From: Spironucleus salmonicida
Taxonomy: Eukaryota
Assembly: GCF_000497125.1 (NCBI RefSeq)
Contig: NC_090598.1
Coordinates: 1,302,001 to 1,366,000, forward strand
Length of the DNA: 64,000 nt
Direction: 5' to 3'
The notes under the pieces were generated by a model. That model was not told where the DNA came from. It saw nothing but the letters and a program-made list of their open reading frames with translations, and made no database searches. How positions within the stretch are numbered: the first letter of the stretch is position 1; each line of letters opens with the position of its first letter. Made by a program: the position numbers and the translations under genes. This document shows, piece after piece, positions 11,925-23,855 of this stretch.

Positions 11925-13145
11925 TCATTTAGCTAATTTCTCACGGCAAACTGGGCAAGAGGCATTATATTCGACCCAACTTAAAATGCAATTTTAATGA
12001 AAAATATGAGCACATGGTGCTTACAAGAAACTGTTCTTATCATTATAATCAATGATTTCTAAACAAATTGGGCATTAAATACAATCACCTTAACGCTACA
12101 AATTTAAATTAATTTTATTAGATAGTCTAAATTTTGTTTTAAATCTTATTTTAGGTGTCAAAATTGCAATTAAATTAATCAGTGATACTATTTCTAGAAT
12201 ATTTTCATTTTATCTATCATATCTACTAATTTTTGATGATTAACAAAAAATAAAAAAAGCAAAAACCTGTTTTAACGCGTAGTCAGAAAGATAAAAAGCA
12301 AAAAACCGCGTTCTTAATAGTTTTATTTTTATTTTATCACTAATTAACAAGTATGATATTATTGGGTAACACATAATAATCTAATGAATAAGGAAAATTG
12401 TTTCGTCAGAAGATACCATAAAAATAACTAAAAATGGGTAAACTGGACTCAACAAAACCGACAATAAAGTAACACCTGCTAATATTTATTATACTCGCGT
12501 TTAATATTATAAAATTTAAGTTCTGAGGTAAATAGACATTAGAATTAATGGGGGGAAGAACAGACCTATTTAAAGAATAAATATCAAGGTAAACGGTTTG
12601 CTAAAAAAGGAAAAACTATCAATTATCTCTAATATAAATATTAATTAGATAAAACTTGATATCATTATGAAAACGAATTGTAAAATATTTAGCTAGACTT
12701 CTAATTAAGATTCGAAATAATAGGTAATAGATTTTAACCCTGTATAGCTAATAGATAGCATTGAAATTATTTATATGAATAATATAAATCTTTAAAGAAA
12801 TAAACTTTCATAATGATCATTCTTAACAATAAAATCTAAATTAAAATCAAAGTGCATATCATAAATTTTTAGAGTTTAAACTAAAATTTAACTATTTGTG
12901 AAATCAAATGTGTAATTTAAAATATCATATTCAAAACTATATTTTTATTTATTAAAATAGCAGTAATTATCAAAGCAATTAAATTTAAAACATTAATTTG
13001 TGTAAATAACAACATCTAGTATTCCAGAGTCTATAAGTTTAACGTTAATAAGGCACTTTTTCTAATTTTATTAATATTTTTAATAAGCAGTTTGGTTAAT
13101 TATAAGTTGCTAACTTTAATAGTTTAGTAGTAGGACAAGATTCAT
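11925..13145 (-). CDS. Multi-pass transmembrane RING-H2 E3 ubiquitin ligase (Tul1/Dsc1-like architecture), 406 aa
   Basis: Frame read end to end without TGA; several hydrophobic helices; C-terminal CPICLE...[26 protein letters not shown]. Confidence 0.85.
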
Positions 13146-13186
13146 TTATTTATGAGTGTAATATAAATATATATAAATCATATAGA

Positions 13187-13882
13187 TCACAGTCCTGAAC
13201 CAAATCCAGAATGCTTAGATTTCGATCTACTAGACATGGTAATCCCACCCTTAAAATTCATACTAGATGGAATATTGTAAGAACCAGGTCCGATTGCACC
13301 TTCCTTTTTCTTTTTCTCTAACCATAATTCTGGTATTCTTCCTTTCATAGTAACATTTCTTATAAATTTTGTGCTCTTAAAACTTTCCTATGCATTTATT
13401 GACTATGCAGGACCGGGACTTCTCGATTTTTCCTCTACACCATTTTAATTTTAAGAAAATCGATAACCAATTTTATTTTTAGGGGTAATTGGTACATATG
13501 TGTTAGGACTAGGTAAGTTTTTTGATCTTTTCTCAAGGAAAAATAAATCTGTATTATTGGTTCGTCCTGCTAATGCAGATTTTCTCGACTCAGCTTTACC
13601 AGTTTTGAAATCTGGATTATATTGATTTGGCGGAGGATTATTATCAGGAAACTCTACTTTTGTTCGAGATTTTAAAGAAAAAACTTCCCCACCCATTGTA
13701 GATGGGCGATCGTAATGTGCAGGTGATAATTCACATTTAATTTGGTCAGATTATATTGGATTTAATCGTCCTTTAAATGTAAATTATGGGGAGTAGCAAT
13801 CTTTTCTTTTAGGAGAATAAGCATCTGGAGATGGTACATCTGTTTTTATTGTAGCAGTAAAAGTATTAACATCCTTAGTCAT
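13187..13882 (-). CDS. SHIPPO/PG-rich repeat protein (ODF3/CIMAP1-like), 231 aa
   Basis: Periodic PSPDAY, LSPAHY, PPPNQY, PSPNTY, PGPAQS and IGPGSY repeats, each followed by F/T-x-x-x-G/S-R. Confidence 0.82.
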
Positions 13883-14527
13883 TTTATGATCAAATTATTA
13901 ATAACCCATATATATAATAAAATATACCTTTTTATTTGATAACTATAAATCATGTAATTGTACTTATATTAATATTATCTTGTTTTGTCTAACTAAGTAA
14001 AACTTAAAAATATTATAGCATTCTGTTCGATTCAACATTATGAAATAGTACATCATATATTAGCATATAACTGATAATATAGTATCTTCCACAAAATAAT
14101 TAGCTTTAAGCAATATTATGATAACTAATAGTTATTAAGCATAAGACTATGTATTACTATAATTATGTTCAGTGAATAAATAAGATAATATTCTGTTAAG
14201 AAAATGTATAGTTTAATAATCAAAAGCAACAACAATTAGTATATCCCAATAGATAGTAAGTATAATTAATAATTTGTATAATGAAAGTATTTAACACTCT
14301 GGTTGTAAGTATTTTTTAAAATTATTACTTATAACATGATTGACTTAAAGTTTTGTTTTGAAATTATTGTTAAAAAATAACCAAAATCTTGGATAGACAA
14401 AGAATAATAAATTTTATTAATTATTGTATATACTTTATAAGTTTTATATATAATAATAATATTTATTCTTTATGTAATCTATATACAAATGGTAATGAAA
14501 AGCTCAGTTATAAAGTATTTTTATAGT

Positions 14528-14762
14528 CTTCCACCCTGAACAGTGGTCCCCCGCGGTGGGGTTCGGGCCCATCATCATTGGCCTGCAGAGCCTGTTCCAG
14601 GAGTACAAGGAGCGTGCGGTGGGCATGATATCGAACCCGTCGCAGTCCGAGATCAAGAAGTGCGTCGAGACGAGCCAGTCCTTCAGCTGCCCCAAGTGCG
14701 CCATCAGCCACGTGGGAATGTTCAAGGCGCCTGTGGAGAGCATTGAGAACAAGAAAGACTGA
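14528..14762 (+). pseudogene. 5'-truncated copy of the Ubc6/UBE2J E2 gene (begins just after the catalytic Cys)
   Basis: Matches the 3' part of 33670-34185 (FHPEQWSPAVG...IENKKD). The upstream frame hits TGA with no ATG, and the TPSGRF...C motif is missing. Confidence 0.8.
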
Positions 14763-14810
14763 TTTGAGAAATTACATTACTATACTATATCGGGACGATA
14801 CCTTTTCGCA

Positions 14811-15749
14811 ATGCCCAGGAAGACAATTCTGATGGCCTCGTCCGCCCGGGCCACCATCAAGAGTGACGTGCTGCAGTAGCTGCAGACCTCCTCGGCTATG
14901 TCACCGCGGGCCATGGGCTCCCCGCAGCACAACCTGCCCCCGACGCCACCCGGATTTCTGGCGAAGCACCCCAGCTTCAACCTCCCGATCCCCGTGGTGT
15001 CCTTCTCCCCGAAGAAGATCCTATCCGCGAGGGAGCTCATGGCGCCCACGTCCGAGGAGGTGTCCGACCAGCAGGAGGCAGAGGCTAAGTCCAAGTTGTA
15101 TCAGCTGGAGCGGTCCAACGACCTGCGGCAGATGCAGATCGACAACCTCGCCATAAAGAACCAGCAGCTTACGCAGAGACTGCAGGCGCTGGAGCGGCAG
15201 AGTAGTGAGCGAGCACCGCAGGTGGACAAGGACGTGCGCCTGGACGAGATCCTCGAGCAGAACATCCGCATGGAGTCCGAGCTGGCGATACTGCGCGAGC
15301 AGGTGCAGCACCAGAAGCCCCAGATCATCGAACATGTGAAGTACATCACTGAGAACAGCAACTTCAAGGCGCTGTACGAGCACGCCACGTCGCAGCTCGC
15401 CCACAAGGACCAGCTCCTCACCGACTACAAGATCGAGATCTAGGCCCTCAAGGAGCTCTTCGGCATCTCGGGGCTATCGTCCTCCGCTAGCCCCAAGGAG
15501 CGCGCCATGGCCATGATGTCCTACAAGGGCATCAAATCCGACCTGGTCGACATCCTGCAGCGCGAGGTGGCCGACCTTAAGGCGCAGCTCAAGGAGGTCT
15601 CCTCCCAGTCCGGCTCGGGGCTGTACCAGGCGCGCATCGATCTGTTCGCGGCCAGGGAGGAGATCAAGCAGCTGTCCTCGGACTTCGACGCAGCGAACGG
15701 CGCCTTTGACGAGTACCTGAAGATGGACATGCGACCCTCACTCAAGTGA
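14811..15749 (+). CDS. Hypothetical coiled-coil protein, copy 1, 312 aa
   Basis: MPRKTILMASSARA...; track ORFs 14898 and 15507 joined through TAG=Gln; ends AAG TGA. Confidence 0.8.
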
Positions 15750-16193
15750 TGCGAGGTGCTGGACCTGGTGCGACAGCAGCGCGAGGGCCCTGTCCATGGC
15801 GGCCAGCTGGGCTGGGAAGGGTGCGTTGCGGCTCATGACCTGGGTGACTAGGGCGTGGTGCTCCGCCAGCAGGTTCATCTGGCCCGTGTACGACGGCTAC
15901 ATAGCCATTTCAGCGTTGAGGTGGTCCAGCTGCTGCTCCAGATCGCTGGGCTGGGGGCCGTGCAGCTCAAATCGCGGGACCTTAAACGGTGCCGGCGAGG
16001 CTGACAGCTGCCCCGCAAGCGCGTCCGCCCTCCTCCTGCAGGTTGCAATCTCCGCCTCGATGCGCTCGCTGAGCATCTCACGCTCGGTCACCGAGGCCAG
16101 CCCTGCGGTTCCAGTGAACTTGAACTCTTTCACTTTACTAAGCTACTTAATTATGTCTGCAAAAGCTACTGCATCATGAACTATACTGCTCAT
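15738..16193 (-). CDS. Hypothetical protein 'X', full-length copy, 151 aa
   Basis: MSSIVHDAVAFADIIKQLSKVKEFKFTGTAG...HLASLE; ends GAG TGA, overlapping the neighbouring gene's end by 12 nt. Confidence 0.7.
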
Positions 16194-16289
16194 TATTTTA
16201 TTAACTTTACATATTTTAATATAATATTTTACTGTATAACTTGAGGCTAATCCGTGGCTAATTATATATAAAGTAAATTTTATCTTAAA

Positions 16290-17210
16290 ATGGATGCACT
16301 GCTCACAAAATACTAAAAGGAGCTGGAGCCTCTATCACAGCAGAGATTCTAGGAATTGGCTACATCGGAATCATCAGTATTATTTAACCAAAATCAATGC
16401 AAAAATCGCTACTCGAATATTATTCCTTACTCCCATTCCTAGCCGCCAGGCGAGTATTTTCACGGAAATTTCGTCAGCATAGGCGGTATTTAATTTTTTA
16501 TCACCCAGGCACCAGTAGATGCGGGTGACTTTTATGCAAAAATGGCACAGGTCCAGAGCACCTCTGTCATCTAAGTCACGAAATTTGCGGAGGGTGGAAT
16601 TCTGAAGGCCGAGCGGTACGTCCCATTGGCGACAGACGAGGACGTTGCAATAACGTAGAACGCTATTTTAGCGGACAGACTCTCGCTGGCGATCAAAGCG
16701 CAGCAGCAAGGCTAGCCTATGAAAACTGTCGAGGACTGCCTTCGAGCGGCCCCATAGAGGTTTGCATGGTTCCAGGATTCCTTTACCACTCCTTCTGGTA
16801 CAGTATCAGTCAAAAAATACGAATAAATCAACTCATTTTACAGATACTAGCTGGGTCTGGGGAACCAGACTTTGGATTACTACTACTTCCCGAACTGGTC
16901 GGACCAGTCGGCTCCTGACAACATGAAGGAGATATCATCCCTTTGTCACCACCTGCACGGTCAGACAAACCTAACGGTTCACTGCTCTGCAGGAATCGGC
17001 AGGTCTACTACTTTCTGTATTTGTTTTTATATTTTTGAGCAATTTATCAATAAAACTACAAACAAATCTACAGATTCTTGGAACAAACTACCAATAAATA
17101 TATTTGATATAATAGAAAATTTCAGAAAAAACCGTCACCCGTTTTGCGTTTAAACGATCGAGCAGTTCAAGTTTATTCTCGAATTTTGCGAATTTTGCGA
17201 CTAGAAGTGA
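16290..17210 (+). CDS. Classical protein tyrosine phosphatase, 306 aa
   Basis: KNRYSNIIPY, FITQAP, WSD loop, VHCSAGIGRS, Q-loop VQTIEQF (first Q is TAA); ends AAG TGA. Confidence 0.92.
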
Positions 17211-17219
17211 CGAATTTTC

Positions 17220-20200
17220 TCACAATCTGCCAGTGAACTTCAGGGCCAGCATCACAGCAGTTGCCACGACGATCGTGATAAGCAAAACCGAGCCGAGGCT
17301 AATTCCGAAGATCTCGGCTGGTGTGAATTAGCTTTCTGCAGGCTGGTGCAACGTTATCAACGTGCCCTGCAACTGCGTCTGACATGTGCAGACAATTTGA
17401 GTCGGGAGGTTTTTCTGTGTGCAGGAATTTGCCGCTGGTACTTAACCTAAAAGTGTAAACGAGAACGAATTTTGCGAGTTAACCGCTCCACAGGAGCCAG
17501 TTGTCTGCTAAAATATGACCTCTGTGGTTGAAACAGCTTGTACGAAGACGTAATTTTATGAGGAAATTAGGAATTTCAGCGACTGGCCATCTACCGAAAT
17601 TGGGAACTTTTGAGAAGCTGTGGATCGTGACGACGAGAAAATCGTTACAGAAACTGTACCAAAAGAGTAGCTTAATTGAACATTTGTGAAGAAAAAGTTC
17701 GAAATTTAAATGGACTGATTTGGAGAAATAAAAGAATTCTGGAAGTTAAAGCCGTTTTAGTTTATGGGAATGGCGTTATAAATAGCCTATATTTCTGTAT
17801 CAGAGAAGCTTTATGCGTTGTTTTTATGGGCAAAAATAGCTTGAGTTAGGATTTGTGGTATTATTCTGTAAAATTACATCCAACTTTCAATAATATTATT
17901 GTTCAATTCTTTTTTTAAATTATCAATAGATGTATTTATCCTATAAGTGATAGCTAACTAGCTAGACACATTGGTGATCGGTATATCTAAATAATTTGAG
18001 TAGCATCTAACTGTACAGTTGATAAAAGTATTAAAGATTAAATTAACAATAGGTTGGTTCCCTTATATGAAAGCTTATCGCGACAATTTTTATATTACGA
18101 TTCGTTTTTGTTAACTAGGTAAAGCTAAAAATTATGTCTATGTGGTTGGCAATACTAACTCTACTATATTAATAGCTGATGTTTTCGTATCACATTCACC
18201 AGATATTAAACAATACGTTATCATTACCGGAGAATTTAAAATAGGTTAAAATGCATAAGCCGGCTACGAATTCACAGAAATAAGATTTGCTGGTATTTAA
18301 ACATTATTAACATCTAAACATTAAATGGAATATGTTGATTATGCTATTAATTATACTAAATTATGTATATCATATTCGGAATTAGCAAAATTGCAACTTG
18401 CCGCAATAAATAAATTTTTTATTGGTAAAACCATAACTCTATATTAATCTTGGCTACCTAAATAGAAAATATTAATTAAACATTAAGATGGATCAGGATT
18501 TGGACCCATATTTATATTTGTAAATTTAATTGTAGTTGATGTGAATTCATAACAGTTATCAACAGATGCTTATAATAGTGCTCCTGATGGTATAATATTG
18601 TAATTAATATTCAAGCCACTGGGAACTTAATTATTAAGCCTATCTGTACTAACCCAGGTTGTTAGTATAATATCAAGAATAATATTTAAAGTGAATGAAA
18701 TCTATGATAATATTTAAGTAATAACTGTTGTGCAAACTGTTTAATAAGAAACACTAATATCATATATTCCTACTTTCCCATTCTATAAATCACATGTATA
18801 TTAAGCAAAAGTAGGAGATGCTGATCCCACTATTTAGCAAAGTAATTTTCCGTGAACTGCATTAATCAATTAAACTGTTTGTATCTATATATTGGTATAA
18901 GTAAATAAGAGATTAATGATTTACGTTGTTGGAAGTGGAATACCAGCTGCACTAATAGCAGGTATCGCGGTAAATGATAATGTATGAGGAGAAAACTAAG
19001 TTTCTATACTTTACTAATAATTTAAGCAAGAATCCCAAGTCAAATTAATTTTTTCTCCTTCTATTGTAGGTCCAATTAAACTCTAACAAATCTATGGAAC
19101 ATTAACAAATTAAAATGGAAATGAATCCACTGTAATACCGCATGTGATAACTATTCCAGGCTATAACTAAAAAATACTATTAGTCTTATCAATGAATACT
19201 ATAAGTTTCTATAGATTAGTGCACTAATATGTAAAATCAGTTAGGGTATAGTTTTATACTTTAATTTTATAGAATCCACCTGGTTTATTATTAAATGTTA
19301 AAATATTAGCCGCAAATATATATCCATCTATTGAAAATCCAACTTCTGGAACTACTAAATCTAATATATTTCCCGCGGTCGTTAGACAATTTTGTAATTC
19401 TAGATCATTAACTTATGCTATATGCCTATTATTGGCTTAATCAAATGTAATAGGTAACTAGACTGCGATTGAAAATGCTAAATTTTAAAAAAATATATTG
19501 TTCACACCTTAGTTAAAGCAAACATCATTATATACTACTTTCAATCTTAAAAATGAATTTGCTGGTAATACAGGAATTGAAACATTAAAGAATGCAAATT
19601 AACCACCTGTGTGCATGCTAGAAGGAATCGCCTAACCAATTGTGGTAAAACTAGTCTAACCTAATTATAAAGATTATAACTCAATATTTGCAGATTATAA
19701 CCCATCAAAAATAACTCTAGTACCAGATAACTTAATTGTATTGACACAATCTGTGCATGAAAGCAATATATCAGAACTATAAATAATATCTCCGATTGTA
19801 AAGTTAATAATTTAATTTGCATAATTAGTGCCTAATATATCATTTCCACTGGTGAGCAAAGCCTAATTATAATTTGGTTGGCCCTAAATCATTTAATTCA
19901 CAAAAGGAATACCAAATAACATAAATTCTATATTTTAAAGAACTTAATTGCACACATAATTTTAAGGTATATTTTATATCCTAGATGTAACAAATGGTAT
20001 AGCTGTTTCTAATAATTATTAAGGTAATACATCTGCTGTAAATCCTGACATAACTGTGAAAAATTCTTTATAGTTTATAGGAATATTTGATATCATAAGA
20101 CCATTCTTACCTTTGGGATAATAACGAAGTGTTGTGTTGATTATTTCGCAATTATCTACTAGTTAAAAGTCTGTACACTTTATTTTCGGATCTGCAAATG

Positions 20201-20279
20201 TAAATGACACAATTGGCGAGGGACCTTAGGACTGATCAATTATTGCAGTTGCAGCTACTGAAATTACTAAAGCCAACAT
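17220..20279 (-). CDS. Large type I membrane/surface protein, 1019 aa
   Basis: N-terminal signal MLALVISVAATA; beta-rich, Cys-containing ectodomain; C-terminal TM IFGISLGSVLLITIVVATAVMLAL with short tail KFTGRL. Frame spot-checked. Confidence 0.8.
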
Positions 20280-20410
20280 TTTATTCTAAAATTAAAAATA
20301 ATAATATAATATATTATTTAAAAATATACCTGAACCCAATATTAATAATATATCTAAGGTATAAATAACCAATCATCGACTCTCTCTACAATTTATACTA
20401 ACTCAATTAA

Positions 20411-20917
20411 ATGCCACATTTTTATCGCTATCTTTCCCCCTAAGAAATAGAATTTTTCCATATCAGAAAGTCAGCTCATTTTGTGACAACTAGAAAGATG
20501 ATATTCCGTGTGAAAAACCATAAAGTTACAATCCCGGCTGGTTTTATAGCGGATGGAGTTTTTGTAGAAAATTAAGACTTTCTGTCATCTCCTGCATGGT
20601 TCTGCTTTGAATTTTTGTATGCTAGTCATAAATATGATGATAAAATAGCAGATAGAGGAGAAATCGATCAATTCATGTTCAATAATTATAGTGATATTAT
20701 CACAGTTGTAAATGATGAATTAGTTATAGATGGGGTCCGGATTAGTGGAAGCGATATATTTTAAGAGAGTATAGAAAGAGGAGTTTGCGTTTGTTAAGAT
20801 ATTATAAGGGAAATAAAAATAAATGACTAGAAAATAGATTGGATGAGGATTTGTTGTGCAGGAGTATGTTTAAGTGGAATTGGAGTTGGATATGGAATCA
20901 GTTTAATAATTAAGTGA
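20411..20917 (+). CDS. DUF1353-like protein with C-terminal membrane anchor, 168 aa
   Basis: VTIPAGFIADG...SPAWFCFEFLYASH...DRGEIDQFM resembles the DUF1353 'VP.GF.TDG...A...HD.LY...R.eaD' pattern; hydrophobic C-tail; ends AAG TGA. Confidence 0.65.
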
Positions 20918-20924
20918 AAAAAAT

Positions 20925-21530
20925 TCAATTCTATAATTCGTGTAAATAGTTTTTTACAAAAAGAGGATTTTGCTTTGGAACGTCCAACTAAAGCTTAAAT
21001 AACAAATTTGATAGATTTTCATGAACTCCTAATAGCTGTTAATAATAGTCATAATAATTTTTATAATTTAAAATTATTTCTGATTGAAGTGAATTTTCTA
21101 TTATTTATGCTCTTATTACAGATTATCTATCAGAATTATTTTTAGTTAATGCTATTCCACCTTTTTCAATAAGTATTTACAATTCTAAAAGTGGTACTAT
21201 AGCAGCAGCTATGCGTCTTCTAGAAGCTCCAGCAATTAATGTTAAATTATCTCTAGACTTTGGAAGCACTGGTATAGACTAAAACAAAATAGCATGTATC
21301 GAAGTCTTAGCTCTTTGAGACAAATTGTTAATATCTAAGTTTTATATCAACTATTGATTAGTTTATGCATGTAGTATAATCTGTGGAAAAAATGACTATA
21401 ATTATACTGCATTTTAATGCAACGTTTATGTGGATATATTATTAGGTTATATATCGTCTAAAGAATTTTATTTAAAGGTTATTGGATCAAAATATATGTT
21501 TGGAAACTAACTAAGGTGGCATAACGACAT
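20925..21530 (-). CDS. Hypothetical protein, 201 aa, possible winged-helix (E2F/DP-like) segment
   Basis: Open frame MSLCHLSQFP...; SRDNLTLIAGASRRRIAAAIVPLLELQILIEK. Confidence 0.55.
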
Positions 21531-21610
21531 TTATTATCATCGTAACCTTAGTATAAAAATAAGTCAAATAATTTATAAGTCTATTATATGTTTATTTATA
21601 TATTATTAAA

Positions 21611-23715
21611 ATGGAATAATTGATTGATGTTGAAAGATATTTTCATCACTAAATTGATTAGAATTTTTACTCATATTCGTTTAATAAAGCATATTAGTAT
21701 GATTAATTAGGAAATTTGTTATAGGAAAACGATGTAATATTCCCTTTTTACCCTAATAGTCCAGTATATAGTTATACCACCTAGTTATTTGCAGGTATTT
21801 ACTATGCTTTGGTTTAAAATCAGTTATTTTCTTTGAATAAATTAAATGTTATTCGCATATTTGACTTTAAAATACTTTAGTAAATAGAAAGTTCTCCATT
21901 TAATGTTGCCGTGGCAAATGATAATATTTTCTTTGCAGTGGGTCATAATTTATATTGTAATATAGACAATAATTATAGTTTAATGAAAGTTTACGAAAAT
22001 AATATTTAAATTTTTGCTGATGCAAATGACGTAATAGTATTTGATGATTCAAAAGCGTATTCTTATAGAACCGATCTTATGTTTTGCATCGATTTAATAT
22101 AACCAATTTATAGTAGACCAGGATTTATATTAGGACTTTATAAATAGCATCATGTTTTTATTAAACTTCAAGACGGATTTGATGTAATTACACTTACTGA
22201 TAATATATAAATAAAATTCATTATAAATGAGTATAAAATTACAAATTTACAATCATAGTTTTTATTAAAAAAAAGAGAAGTCATTGATTTGAGTGCATCT
22301 ATGTTTGATATTGCATAAACATCATTTAATTAGCTTTTGTTTTATAGATAAGTTGATCTAAATATATTAGAGGTTTTAAACAAATAAGACTAGCTTTACT
22401 CATTTTTATATTTCTTAGATTAATTTTAAGATAAAAAATAATATGAATATCTTTGTGATCGCCTAATGACAAAGGGATTGTCGGTTAACATAAATTTAGA
22501 GAAAAGTTCTCCTCTATTTTTAACCTACTAAGTTTTACATTGTTAAGACAATTAGTTGGAAATATTAAAAAATGATATGAATTTTATTACAAAATTTGAA
22601 GATGGGTTATGTTAGGTAAATTTTAACATAATAAAGAAACTTTTAATCTAAGTGATAAAACTTTAAAATTAGGTATTAACTAGCTAGATTGTGCATAGAT
22701 TTGCACACAATAATGAATTAGAAGAATTAGAAGTACTAATTTTTTAAGTGCAGGATTTAATTTTATTTAAATGTTATTTTGATCCAATTATTTTACGTTA
22801 ATGTAATGACACATATTCATCCAAACTTATTGTTCAACTGTTTTAACATTCATTTGAATCTGCAGTGGAGTCTGTCGCAAATATAACTATATGGGCTGAG
22901 AATTCACCATTAATATTAGCAGCCTAGTCAGGTAACTAGTACTATGTTTAAAAATTTATCAATATCGATAAGAGAAATGGGCATATAGCACTAAAAGTAG
23001 CTAAATCAATTAAAATAATTGATATGCTTATACCTAATTTTTCAAAACTAGTAAATTATTAACCTTAATCAACTAAATTAATGGAATTAGTATAATCAAA
23101 TACTCTTAACTAACTTTTATATAAAGATGTATTAATATAGAATTAAGCAGGAATATAAGATTAATCTGGAAATTATGCATCTAATATAGTTATAAATAAT
23201 TAATACAAAATATTAGAGTATAAGAATTTACTTACTATTGAGCTGAAACTCTTTCATTCATAATAAATAATGAATATGAAAATTTCACCATTTTATTCAA
23301 TATAACTTATTAAACTTAAGTTTTAATCCACACCAGCATCATTACAATTATATATTTTAAAGCAATTAGATGATCCTTAAAATGCAATGGATTTTTTTAA
23401 TTTATAAACGGATGTGTTTGGAATGTCTTTAAATTTACATACATTAGATTCTAAAACTGCTGATATATTTTGTAGAGATAATGCAAGATACCATACTCTG
23501 GTTACTTTATATACTAGATAATATTTTAAAACTTCAGCTGCTAAGTTTCATGGCAGCTTTAATTTTAATTAATAGATTATAGAGAATGTGTTGGTTCAAG
23601 ATTTATTTTAGGTGCTTGAGCATCAAAGGAATCTATAGCCATAAGATAATATTCCAGACTAGTAGATTGTGAATATAGTGTTTAATAATTTCCATGTAGA
23701 TGAGAGTTCTAATAG

Positions 23716-23752
<37 letters not shown>

Positions 23753-23848
23753 AATGATATTTATTATGAAGAGCAAAATTTTGATACCGATGTAGAAGAT
23801 TTCGGTAGTTATGATGAAGGATCTTATTAAAATGATAAGTATTACTGA
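21611..23848 (+). CDS. Ankyrin-repeat-containing protein with acidic C-terminus, 745 aa
   Basis: SPLILAAQSGN...GHIALKVAK and AGIQDQSGNYAS degenerate ankyrin repeats; poly-Asp tail; frame spot-checked. Confidence 0.7.
23720..23752 (+). repeat. (GAT)11 coding microsatellite (poly-Asp)
   Basis: Eleven tandem GAT in frame in the 21611-23848 CDS. Confidence 0.9.
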
Positions 23849-23855
23849 AATTTAA

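Larger units (their letters stand above)
14528..16121 (+). repeat. Inverted repeat B, copy 1 (1594 nt, GC-rich), partner 32311-33904
   Basis: Reverse-complement match with about 7 substitutions seen by eye and no indel; the ORF track is mirrored. Confidence 0.95.

Noticed and set aside
13890-14520. Long AT-rich gaps (also 4620-5000, 8800-9230, 29760-30600, 34200-34660, 40680-40980, 49080-49590) as ncRNA or small genes
   Set aside because: I saw no tRNA/rRNA/snRNA-like structure or convincing ORF by eye. Faint similarity of 14.3-14.5 kb to the UBC6 5' half is too weak to call.
14500-14762. Truncated UBC6 as a cis- or trans-spliced exon (TTTTATAG just upstream)
   Set aside because: There is no ACTAAC-type branch point fused to the AG. 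The TATAG aligns with decayed coding sequence (TACAG) of the intact copy, which already encodes the whole protein.
14504-16179. Many overlapping antisense and alternative-frame ORFs in the track (also 6348-6897, 9793-10049, 32256-34002, 55807-56591)
   Set aside because: They are by-products of high GC3, which removes stops from other frames. They have no recognisable motifs, and one frame per locus explains the sequence.
23720-23752. (GAT)11 as a CRISPR-like or regulatory array
   Set aside because: It is a simple coding microsatellite for poly-Asp; there is no repeat-spacer structure anywhere in the window.
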